Shown piece by piece: positions 49,707 through 60,766 of a DNA stretch of 64,000 nucleotides (within the stretch, counting starts at the first letter, position 1; each line of letters opens with the position of its first letter). The translations under genes and the position numbers were made by a program. Source of the DNA: Geosiphon pyriformis uo1 (Eukaryota; Fungi; Glomeromycota); contig JAAOMT010000706.1 in NCBI GenBank assembly GCA_016748015.1, positions 296,764 to 360,763 on the forward strand. Reading direction: 5' to 3'. The notes beneath the pieces were generated by a model that was not told the origin of the DNA, made no database searches, and worked only from the letters and a program-made list of their open reading frames with translations.

Positions 49707-52349
49707 CTAAACAAAATACATTGGATTATTTTGAGCAAGGCTTGGAACCACGGGTCTAAGCTCTCCCGAGACGACATGAGAACGAGCATGTTTCGCAGAT
49801 AAATGGGCATAGTAAACGGGTGGCGGAATTGATACGGATCGAGTTGCACGTTGATAGTTGTAACAAAGTTTGTAGGTAAACTCTTGCAATTGGTCAGCGT
49901 TAAATTTATTGTCGTCATGCAAAACAATGTAATGCGCGGGACGTGATGTTCCTTGCAAACTTGTGTGGGATTGCAAGAAGAAATCGAACAAATAAGGATT
50001 AGTGATTTTTTGATCAACCACAAGACCAGGTATACAATTTCCATTATTGTCAGCATCTTTTTGATCACTTGGATAGAATCTGGTGTGATGACGTTTTCCA
50101 ACGACAATAAAAGTCACCGGTGGTGAATAACCTGGTTGATTCATGTCTTTGCAGGCAGCTTTAATGGCTTGGAGTTCATAATCAAGTACCATCTTGTATT
50201 GGCTTTCAGAGACACCATCACGATACATTATGATTCGATTAGGAAGGAAACTATTTCGCGTCTTGTATTCCGTCAAAATCTCAGTTACCATTTTGCGCAT
50301 TTCGATGATCTTTTCCTCTGACACGTTTTTCCTGGATTCATCCATTCCTTCTTTTCTTTGTTCCCGATGACGATCAATAAATTTACTTCCATGCTGATCG
50401 ACAGAACCGACAACGGAACAAATTGAGGGGCAAGCATCTTCACTTCCAGAGTCAATTTGAGTTGGATGTGTAACATCAGCACCCAATAACAAAACAGGTT
50501 CTTTGGTTAATTCTGGAATTTCACTAGCCTCGAGCGTAGAATTTATTCCTCCCAACTTAAGATTCATCTTTAATGCAACATTTGCACAATATGAAGGACC
50601 CTCGTAAATATTATCGGCCACCACACATTGAGAAGGAAGACCTAAAACGGTACTGGTGGTCAATTTGATATCCGCATAAAGTTTTTGGTTGAATTTGCGA
50701 TCATAAATTTGGTTAGGAAATTTCTTCTTTTTCCTTTTGTTTTCCACTTCGGGTGGCAAAAGGAACAAGATCAACTGTGGTCGCTTGGACAAGAACTTCT
50801 TGGAACCATCGTATTCTTGCTTAATGGTTTTTTGGAAATCGCCTTGGGTAGAAGGATAAAGGATATTAGGTTTATCCATCACCACATCCATTCCTTGGTC
50901 TTTACATGTTTTTACCAAGGTCATCACGAAGTTTTCAGCATCAGTTCTTGACAGAAACTTTTCTGGGATACAAGATATAACAAACCAAAATTTCAAAGGT
51001 GCACCACTTCGTACGAATTTTTTACCCCTCAAATTCCATTGCCCATTTTTAGGAATGAGTTTGGGACCTCCTTGGGAAGAAGAATGATAGGAGATAGTAG
51101 GTGCTCTAAGAATACGGGCGGGGACTAATGTCATATTTTGATCTATTTCCATTCCAAATTGTTTCAACTTTGGATCGTTTCCGAAGTCTAAAACCTTTTT
51201 AACGCCTTCATTGATAATAATATCCATATTTTTTTTGGGCAGTAGGGCAGTTAAAGTGATCATTTTTGCCAATTGATCTCCGTTTAATTGAGTAAGAGGA
51301 ACTCGTTGGCCTTCAATGATTTCACAACACTCTAGAGGCCATACTTCACCCTTCCTAGTAGTAATTTCTACTACATGTTGATACTTGAGAGTTCTATTGT
51401 AGGTGGTCTTGAAATATTCGAAAACGTTGGTCGTTTTACCAGTATCTTTGAGTGTAAATTCATGTTCTTTTGCTTTTTTTGGTGAATATCGCCTGATCTG
51501 TTGACGCGTTTTGACATTAGGGCGGTGTAACGGTCTCACTTTCATATTGTAGAGGACCTTATTTATGCGTCTGCGTTGATTTTCATTAAATTCCGCAGGA
51601 AGATCACGTAAGTTAAGATACGCACATAAGAAAGAGACAAGATCTTTCTTTTCATAAAAGACGGTGTGGTTTCTATTCACATTTACAAAGTAGGCGTTTT
51701 CCCCAGGACGTACACTCTCGAAAAATCCTGCCCAAAGTTCCATCCCACCTCCCAAAGAACAACGAGTGTGAGGATCAAGAATGGAATCCCGAAATTGAAA
51801 GTAACGATAAGAAGGATGACTGTGTATGAGATCATTAAGTGCTTTCAAACTTTCCATGTTGAAAAATTCCCATCGAAATAGCTTGGCTTCGAGGTAGGTA
51901 TTTAATTCGCTGAGTTCAAGCTGCTCGGATAATGCAACAATCTGAACCTGAAATTCGTTCGGTTTTCCTCTAAGGTCTTGATCGTCATTCAACATGACCG
52001 AAGTTACCACAACGTTCGTTTTCATTTTGATAGGGTTTAAGGTGTAGAGAGTTTTTTCACCGTCAAAAATGTAATTGACGCCAGCAAACCAGTCAGCACC
52101 TTTTTTCTTTTCAAGTTCTTTAAACACCATGCGCTTAATTTCAATATTTGGTGGTTTTGGTTCTCTTCGTACAACCATTTCACTTCCTTCCGCCTCGGTA
52201 TAAGGCTTTTTTATTTCAACGGCATATTTAAACCAGGTATGATTCTTTGTAGTTTTCTTAATTTCAAAATAGTTGGCAAGCACTTTGGTAGAACGACCAC
52301 TCTTTCCCCTGCCTGGACGTTTTATGGGGACTAATGCTTGTTCTTTCAT
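49707..52349 (-). CDS. AGO: Argonaute (N-L1-PAZ-L2-MID-PIWI), 880 aa, intronless
   Basis: RPGRG..ANYF, GFFESVRP, PLECCEI, GQWNL, SQCV..KMNLKLGGIN, GADVTHP, YRDGVSE, KRHHTRF, GTSRPAHY, PPVYYAH. Confidence 0.98.
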   Translation of the reverse strand: MKEQALVPIKRPGRGKSGRSTKVLANYFEIKKTTKNHTWFKYAVEIKKPYTEAEGSEMVVRREPKPPNIEIKRMVFKELEKKKGADWFAGVNYIFDGEKTLYTLNPIKMKTNVVVTSVMLNDDQDLRGKPNEFQVQIVALSEQLELSELNTYLEAKLFRWEFFNMESLKALNDLIHSHPSYRYFQFRDSILDPHTRCSLGGGMELWAGFFESVRPGENAYFVNVNRNHTVFYEKKDLVSFLCAYLNLRDLPAEFNENQRRRINKVLYNMKVRPLHRPNVKTRQQIRRYSPKKAKEHEFTLKDTGKTTNVFEYFKTTYNRTLKYQHVVEITTRKGEVWPLECCEIIEGQRVPLTQLNGDQLAKMITLTALLPKKNMDIIINEGVKKVLDFGNDPKLKQFGMEIDQNMTLVPARILRAPTISYHSSSQGGPKLIPKNGQWNLRGKKFVRSGAPLKFWFVISCIPEKFLSRTDAENFVMTLVKTCKDQGMDVVMDKPNILYPSTQGDFQKTIKQEYDGSKKFLSKRPQLILFLLPPEVENKRKKKKFPNQIYDRKFNQKLYADIKLTTSTVLGLPSQCVVADNIYEGPSYCANVALKMNLKLGGINSTLEASEIPELTKEPVLLLGADVTHPTQIDSGSEDACPSICSVVGSVDQHGSKFIDRHREQRKEGMDESRKNVSEEKIIEMRKMVTEILTEYKTRNSFLPNRIIMYRDGVSESQYKMVLDYELQAIKAACKDMNQPGYSPPVTFIVVGKRHHTRFYPSDQKDADNNGNCIPGLVVDQKITNPYLFDFFLQSHTSLQGTSRPAHYIVLHDDNKFNADQLQEFTYKLCYNYQRATRSVSIPPPVYYAHLSAKHARSHVVSGELRPVVPSLAQNNPMYFV

Positions 52350-53320
52350 GACTTTGATATAACGAAAATGGTTGTACTACTTACTTTTTGAAGCTTCGTA
52401 AGAACACGTCACTTTCGTTACCCATAAAACACTGGAACTGTGTTTTTTTTTTGGGTAAAAAAATAATTTTCTTTTGATGATGTGAATTTATAGAAATTGG
52501 AGGGGAGGGGGGTGTTCCGGACTACATTAGGCGCAGGGATATCAAAATTCCGGAATTTTTAAATTTGGATAAGCTTCTCTGATTAGAAATTCTGCGGGTA
52601 CACACAAAAAAATGATCCATCTGTATGTTAACAATATTCGATTGTTTACCAATAGCAAAACCAAAAATTGCTAGGAACATAGAAAATTTGGTTGGGAATT
52701 ATTTTACTTTTACCGACACAGTTTACCAGGCATTAAAGACTATTTTGGGGGTCCTGAACTGCGGAAAGATGGGTGCATAATTCTCAGGTGTTACAGAGCA
52801 GGTAAGAATCGATTTAAGGCATGATGTAAGGTGACGCATTTTCCATGTATGATACACACACACACAGGGAATGATTGAAATTTCGAAATCGAAGACCTAC
52901 TGAAAACAAATTTTAAATATATTGTTTTTTGAAAGAAAGGTATTTCTTGAATAAATGATAATAGTAATGGAAAGGTTAGACAAGGAGTTGTGATAAAAGA
53001 TTTTTACGTTTGAGACTAAAAAGATTAGATTTATTATTATTATTATTAACTGTTAAGTATTTTTATTAAAAAATTTATCTTTAATGAAAGTATTCAAAGG
53101 TATTAAATTTGTGGAAAACCTATAAAGCTCAAATTTTCACATGAAGTGTGTGTTTGTCTGCGAAAAAAACAAATCCTCAAATATATAAGAATCATATTCA
53201 CATGTCAAATAAATCTTCCCTACATAGTATGCTGAAGCCTTTTTCCTTGACTCTACGACGTTAAATGTAAGAATTAAGCGAATAGTCGGATGGATTGTAA
53301 TATATCAATAATAAACAATT

Positions 53321-54270
53321 TTAAGCATTGCTACTATTTCCTGCATGATCTCCAGAGAGAATCAAAGCCCGGAGAAAAATTCCCCAAGCCCCATTTTCAT
53401 CTCTATCCGTTACAGTCTTACAATTTCGGCATTTATATATCGCAGATCCTCCGATGTTTTGAATGTTTCCAGACCAACTACAAGTCTTGGACGTATAAGC
53501 TTCATTTTGGATAATAACATGAATCCCTAATTCCTCTGCTTTGGCTATTAAACGTTGTCAAAATCGATAGTGTGCTCAGCCAAGCATTTTTCGAACAGTG
53601 GAATGATGATCTGTGAATTTCATTTTGCAGGTGTTTAATTTTTCGTTGCATACATGCTATTGCTTTATCAAGCCTTTTAGCTTTCTTCTTTTTGCGTTTA
53701 GAAGTTGATTGTATCAACTTGTTTTTTTTTGATATTAAATTGTCCATGCAAATGCAAATACGAATAATACGTCCAATATCTTGTTGACCAATTTTACCTA
53801 TTCCTTTAGTAGGAGAATACCATGTAAAAGGTGTATGAATGCCAGGATCAATAGAGACTGCATGTATAAATCTATCCACTTGGGTTTCATGGACTTGTTT
53901 TTCTATCTCATAAACCCAGGTAAACTTCCACTCATTAGTTTTCCGAAAATAAATAAGTTTGCTATTACATGTACTTTTGTGTAGAAAGAGCCATTTGTTG
54001 TTTTTGTGCTTTGTTTAAAATGTAAAGGCCATAATGAATGTTTATTATTATTTGGGCTAGAAATAAGCTTGTATGAATGTGGATATTGATATATTGATGA
54101 ACTGTAACAAAAAAACGATTCCAAAAAGATTTACTAAAATTTTGGTGTAATGCTTCACAAGAACAAAAAGAAAGATGATGTATTGGTGTATTTTTGTTGT
54201 CACCGTATATTATTTTTAATATCTTTATTTCGTGCTTGATTACTGCATTAAAAGCAATCTCATCCATTGT
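53321..54270 (-). pseudogene. Fanzor2 / IS607-TnpB-like RNA-guided RuvC nuclease relic
   Basis: RuvC-I VSIDPGIHTPFT plus bridge helix (ORF 53502-53879). After two small deletions, another frame reads TVRKMLG*AHYRF*QRLIAKAEELGIHVIIQNEAYTSKTCSWSG...YKCRNCKTVTDRDENGAWGIFLRAL (RuvC-II E, Zn finger, RuvC-III D); stop at 53321. Confidence 0.9.
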
Positions 54271-54633
54271 TTTAAGAGTTGTTTTTGAAAATGGTTTGAA
54301 TATGTTTTAATTAATAATGTACAATGAAGAGTATTTTTTGTTTTTTGGCATTTGTTATAGATTGTTATTATTATTTTTGCTTTTTAGTTTCTATGTTTCA
54401 ATTGTATTTTATTCATTATTTTTGTATTCTATTATTAATGGCAAGAATATTTTTGGTCAATTCATATTTACTAAAGATTGATTTGTTAATGAAGACCATA
54501 AATTTTGCAAATTAAAAAACAAAACATATTGGAAAAAGTTGAAACAGCAGTATCAATCAAAATAATCACAATTCTTAAAATTATTTTGCAACTTGTTATT
54601 CCAATAGGGTCTTAAACAGCAGTTTTTATTGTT

Positions 54634-54641
54634 TAATAATA

Positions 54642-54680
<39 letters not shown>
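54634..54680. repeat. (TAA)n microsatellite
   Basis: About 15 TAA units. Confidence 0.9.
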
Positions 54681-55629
54681 TTTAAATAATATTAGCTGTT
54701 TTTATTATGTTAATAAATTTTAGAATACAAAAAAATTTAATATAATTTTTTAAATACTAATATTATTTTTTGTGTTTTTAGTGTAAAACAAAAACATTTT
54801 TTCAAACAATACAACAATTTTTTATTTAATTTTCAACTTAAAAACTCTTTAATAATATCAAATTAAATATTAATTTCAAAAAATTGAAATATGAGATTTT
54901 ATTAAAATAAACAAATTATAAAATAATAACAATTTCTAATATTTATCTTAAAAAATTTAATAAAAAATTTAATTTGTTAAAATTAATATTTACAGTTTAA
55001 AATTATTATGTATAATTTTTTTTAATTTAATAAGTGAAGTTTAACTACTATCTAATACATAAAACCAAACTAAAAAATTTAAACTAAATATGATTTACAT
55101 AGTTGTTACATATAACTACCCACTTAGACCAAATAAAACAATACTATATACTTAAATTAACAATAATTTTATCTTTTAAACCAAAAAAAAAAGGCACAAA
55201 TTATGTCAACCAAAACTAACTGTAAAAAATTTAAAAACTTTTAACAATTAAATTATTTTATTTGACAAATAAACTGGCAATTTACAAAACAAACCAAATA
55301 TTATACTATTATTATTAACCAAATTAATACTTTTTATATCAATTTTATACTTAGTTTTAAGAAACCAAATTTTTGAATAATACTATTTTACCAAATACTT
55401 CATAAATTCAACAACAGCCAAAATTGTCTTTTTTCTATTTTTAAAAATTGACACAACTTTTAAAAACTATTTTTTCAAAATAAAACTTTTATAAATTATA
55501 ACATATAAACTTATATTTGAGACATATAAAGATAGCATTTATAATATAGCAAAAATAACAGAAATATAAATACCAGTCAATAACATTCAATAATTAGAAA
55601 ATTCTAACAATAATTTTTTATGAATATTA

Positions 55630-56885
55630 TGGTGCAGATCATTTATAGTCATCAAACAATTTATATAATTTTAAATTGTATCTAGTCTTCCAATTTTAAT
55701 AATATTAAAAAACTAAACCGTAAATATGTTAGATTAAGTTCTTCTCTTTCACATTTACGGTTTAATTTTTTGAATTATATTATAATTTATAAAGTTATTA
55801 AAGTTTAAAATTAGCCACTTTTATTATTAATCTTTAATTTTCGGATGCCGATCAATCAGATTTTAGCCAATCAGCAATCACTAAAGTCACGTCACCACGT
55901 GATAAATCATCGAAGTATTATCATTTTCAGAAAGGCTTTCAATTAATATTAATCTAATCTTTAGATGGTCACTTTTTTATAAAGATATAATATCTCTCGG
56001 CCTGCGTGTCTTCTGCTGGTGACACGGCACCATTAACCATGAATATTCCATTCACACCACCACCATATTCGGTTGTCATTATTGGAACAGAAACCCAGAT
56101 ATCAATATTGTTTACACCAGGCGTCAAAGAAATCGTAAAAGTACTATGAGCGATTGTCGGAGAATTTGGGAATGTCATTTGCGCTCTATTTGTAACCTTG
56201 CGTTATTATAATGTGGATACTTACTTTGAATTCACAAATAACCTTTCAATGACTATAATGTTGCGTTTCAAAGAATTGCTTGGATCTAAGAGATATACGA
56301 AATCCCCTGTAATAAAGATTTCTGGTTAAATTTAATATTTGAATGATGAATTATACCAAAGAGAAATATAACGACTAAAATACCTATCGTGTATTCGACC
56401 GAATCATGATCTAGTTTTAAAATTGGTTTCCTAGGTTGTAAAAGGAATTTCGATTGTTGAATATTTCAACAACTTATTAGAATGTGATATATAATAGCTT
56501 ATCACAATAATCAAGAAACTTACATCAGTTGGTGTTAATTTAGGGGAATCAGATTGGAATTGAAAGATCTTTGGCTTTATCTTGATTGAGAAAACTGAAG
56601 TTGTCTTAAAGCCCATAACCTTGAATAGCTCTTTTTTTGTTAGTGTTGTACATTTTCTAACGAGTTCGTTTTGATGCAAAAAATGTATGAAACGTATTAG
56701 TTCAAGTAGATAAAACCCAGATTTTTTTGTAAAAGCCTAATAAACTTCTTACTTATAAATAATATATTAAAAACACATGTATATTAACCAATAAAATTTA
56801 ATTATATAAATAAAAACACGTGAAGATCGTCATTTAAAATTTCGGACTGATCTACATTTTTGATGATTATAAATGGTTTGCACCA
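55630..56885. mobile_element. Non-autonomous TIR DNA transposon (Pack-type) with TA TSD carrying host gene fragments
   Basis: ~30-bp TIRs TGGTGCA(G/A)A(T/C)CATTTATA(G/A)TCATCAAA at both ends, TA at 55628-29 and 56886-87; excision restores the LINE frame (CFKNT-NIHKK). Confidence 0.85.
55969..56640 (-). pseudogene. Captured fragments of a polybromo/Rsc1-2-like gene (BAH N-terminus with introns, joined to a C-terminal segment)
   Basis: Spliced exons give LDHDSVEYTIGDFVYLLDPSNSLKRNIIVIERLFVNS (BAH start), then jump to ...ISLTPGVNNIDIWVS...RYYIFIKK*. Confidence 0.65.
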
Positions 56886-59809
56886 TAGTATTTTTAAAAC
56901 AAGTAAATATGTGATTTGGTATTTCTATCTTTTTATATAATAAACACAAAACATCAGAATAAGTTTTGTTATATAATTTTTTTTAATTGCTATTAGCAGC
57001 TTTTTATGTACTGTTTTTATCAAATACATATACAAATTGGCTGAAATTCTGCTAGTAAACTTAAACAATATATGTAAATTAAAGTATTATATTTGTAAAA
57101 TCAAAAACTAGTCCATTTTCTAAATTAACAAGTCAGAAATTATATTATGACTAGAATCAACTTTTATTAAGTACTACAAATAATTTATATAAATTGTAAA
57201 CAAAATAATAAGTATTACCAAACACTACTATTTTTTTAGTCATAATGAAATATTAATATATACTATTTGACAAAAAATAAGAAGAATAAGCAGTTTTTCT
57301 TGTTAACAAATTAGTTCTGTTATTATTTAAAATTCTTAAATAGCTCTTAATCTTTAACTACTTAATTAAAAGATTTTTACTTCTAATTAAATTAAAAATA
57401 TGTTTTTTTTCTATTCAACAATAATTACAAAAGTTTAGTATAACAAAACCCAACTTAAAAGCACATATATCAATAGTTTTTTGGCTATTCAAGTATAAAA
57501 CCACTATACAAAAAGCTGGTACATATTTTAAAACCAAAGCAACTGTCTGTAATTTGGCTATTATAGAGAATAAAAATTTATATATACTAATACTAATATC
57601 TATGTTTACAATTAAAAAATATATAGCAGTTCTACTAATCATCTTTGCAAAATTCAAACTATTTAAAAAATCATTTATATATGTTTTAATAGTATTTGTT
57701 TAAATTTTAAGCAAATATTTACATACTTCAGAAAACTTTTCAGATTTCAAAATATCTAAACTGTATAACCTATCAAATTGGTCAAAGTCAGCATTAATAA
57801 AACTATTATTATACAAAAAATTTGATATTAACTTAAATCAAAAAGACACTAGTTTTTTTGGATTTAATTTTTTTATCTACAAAATGTTTTCTGGTTTATA
57901 ATAATGTTTTTTTATTCAAGAGTTTGTTCCTAAATACAATTTTAAACTTTTTTAAAGAACAAACTAAATTATAATACAAATACTTTTCCAAAATAATTAA
58001 TATTGGAAATTCACTAGAATAATAAAGTACATTTGGCAAATTGTTTATTAGAAATAAATTGTTTTTCAAAAACAGTCTTACTATCTTAGCCAAAAAATTG
58101 TTTACAAAACTGATTTACAACTTAACAAAATACTATAAAAGATTTAATAAAGCCCATTCCAAAATCTGCAAATCTGCAAATCTGTAATTAAAAAGCTACT
58201 TAAAAATATTTGCAGTATTAAAAAAAACAATTACTGCAGTCAACTTTTTTTTAGCTTGTACTTGCTCAAAAGTTTTCAACTTATACAAAGAAAAATAATG
58301 TAAAGTATTATTAGAAAAATTTTATGACAAATTGGTCTTTGACTTAAAACTCTTCCTAATTATAACATTTTACTTATAACATATATTTATTGAAATAAAA
58401 CTAAACTGTAAGTAATAACTAACTATTAATTACAAAACTATTAATACTAAATATAAGAATTGTTTATTAGTAATTATTTTTCTTAATATTATATTATTAA
58501 AAAACCAGAGATTAAAATGAATTTTAACTATACTTGGCTTTAACAGCTTTTTAGTTAACAAAAAAAATTTTAAATATCTGTGCAATTTACTCTTTTTAGC
58601 AATTGAAATCAGTAAGCTACTAATTTTTAAAAAAGCTGTTTTTATATCTTGATTGATAAAAATAACCACTGTTTTTTTATTATTAATTGAAATATTATTA
58701 ATTCTAAAAAATTTGCTAGCTATATCCAAAATATATTGCATAATAGCTTAACTACTTTTAATTCAAATTATATTATCAACAAAGACACTTGTAATAAAAA
58801 ATAATGTTTTTTCTCCAATGTTTTTTATTTTATCAGTTTTGGCTATAAATCTAGTATTAATTTAATACTTATATAAACATTTATGTTTCTTAACTTTACA
58901 CAAGAAAAAGTTATAAAAAATCTTCCAAAAAAAAGACAAAAAAACTTCAATTTAATTCTATTTGTTATGTATTTTATAATTTTTTAAAAACCCAAAATTA
59001 GTTATTATTCTATTTACTCTTTTTTTATGTATATTGCCAAAAAATTTAATAAACTAGTTACATATTTTAATGTATTGCAGATTAGTTTTCAAATAATGTC
59101 ATTTAATTCAATTATATGCTTTACATATATTCTATAATACTAATCAAAGCTTTTTGTTTTTTTTCAGAGCATTTTTAATTACTGAACCAACAGTAAATAC
59201 AAGAAATTGAATCAAAGTACTTCTTAAAACCAAAAAATTATCACCCTAAAGAACATCAAATTTCTTACAAGCCAATAAAATCTAATCTAAAAAAATCTTG
59301 AATAGGATCTTTTTAACAGTTTTAATTAGTGCAATAGATTAAGTATTTGTCAAAATGCTATTTTATTTATAAGACTTAGAGATTATTAAAACTCATACTT
59401 TCTTTTGAACAATTAGAATATTATTAAAAACCAGGCAAAAGTTTATTAAAACTAATATGTATTTTATTACTATATTATTATAATGCTTTAAAGCTCATTA
59501 AATATATCAAACAGATTAATAGTTTTGCTATTAAGCAGATTTTTAATTACTAAAACCAACTTATTTATGCTAATTACTTTTATTACCTCCAAAAAAACAG
59601 TATTATTTACATATTTCAAAAGTGTATATTAATAAAACTACTGATTGAACAGTTCTAGAAACACAATTTGCTTCTTTATTTAATTTTTTATAATTTTGTT
59701 AACTCCAAGCATTATCTTACCTAACTTCAAAATCAACTTTTTTCTTATTAATAAATAATCAAAAACTATTTTACAAAAAGATTTTTTTAAAATATTCTTT
59801 ATTATGTGT

Positions 59810-60766
59810 TGTTACCAGTAGAACTTTAGCTATTAATTAGCATAAAATTATTCTCATAATTTCTATTATTAATTAACTATATTATTATCATTTTAATTAT
59901 CACTTATTATTTAACCAAATTATCAAATATTATTATTTAATTAATAATCTGATTTGTATTATAGAAATTAAGATGATTAAATTACACAATACTCTAAACC
60001 ATTTAATATAGTCAAAATTCGCCGAAATTGATGAAAATTTGCCAAAATAATCAATAGTTTGTAGAAATAACTTGTAGTTTACTAAAATGTATTTTTAGTT
60101 CACTGAAATTAGAGCAAAAAAAAAGTGTAAGTTCAAAGACTAGTATTACAACAAATTGTATAAAAAAAGAGCTTCTCTCTTCAAGAAAATATATCTTATT
60201 ATAGTATCTTATTTTAGATATCTTAATCAAAACAAATCATCTTGTATACTTCCTTAAAAATCAAATAAAAATCAAATATTTGAAAATTAAATTCTTAATT
60301 ATTATACTTGAAATTCACAAAAAAAACTTAACTAACATTTTGAAATTAATTAACTACCAATTTCAATAATCTGTTAATAACTCCAGACCTGAATAAAAAA
60401 CGTTTTTTTTGACAAAATTTTATTATTTTTACATTTCTTTTTTTTTCTTATTATAATCATTAGGATAGTCTACAGATGAGATTTCTGTAGAAAAGTTAAC
60501 TTTTACAGCAAAGTAACTACACACTTTTAGTGAGCTTCCAAACAAGCAATTCCTGAGAAAAAGTTGATGTTTACTACAATATAACTACATAAAGTAATTG
60601 GGACAGAATTGGCCATTCCACTTATAAGCCCAGCAGTTCAAATTATAAAAGATAATTTGAAGATAAATTCAGTTATTAGAGGTTTAACTACTTCTTTTAG
60701 TCATAAATTCACAGCAAACAGACATTAACAACATTCAAAAAAAGAGACCAAAAACTTCCAGTAACA
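59810..60766 (+). repeat. 5' LTR of the family B copy
   Basis: TGTTACCAG...CAGTAACA followed by TTTGGTGCTC. Confidence 0.93.

Larger units (their letters stand above)
55016..59809 (-). mobile_element. LINE copy 2 (ORF2 relic, 3'UTR, poly(A)), interrupted by a TIR element and cut at 59810 by a Gypsy B copy
   Basis: QYILDIASKFF (58430-58741), KLQTVALVLKYVP (57415-57657), C-terminal and 3'UTR homology to 13700-14290 at 55016-55625. Confidence 0.85.

Noticed and set aside
49707-52349. Prokaryotic or horizontally acquired Argonaute
   Set aside because: The motifs (N-terminal RPG..G..ANYF, KRHHTRF, GTSRPAHY, DEDH) are typical of eukaryotic AGO-clade proteins.
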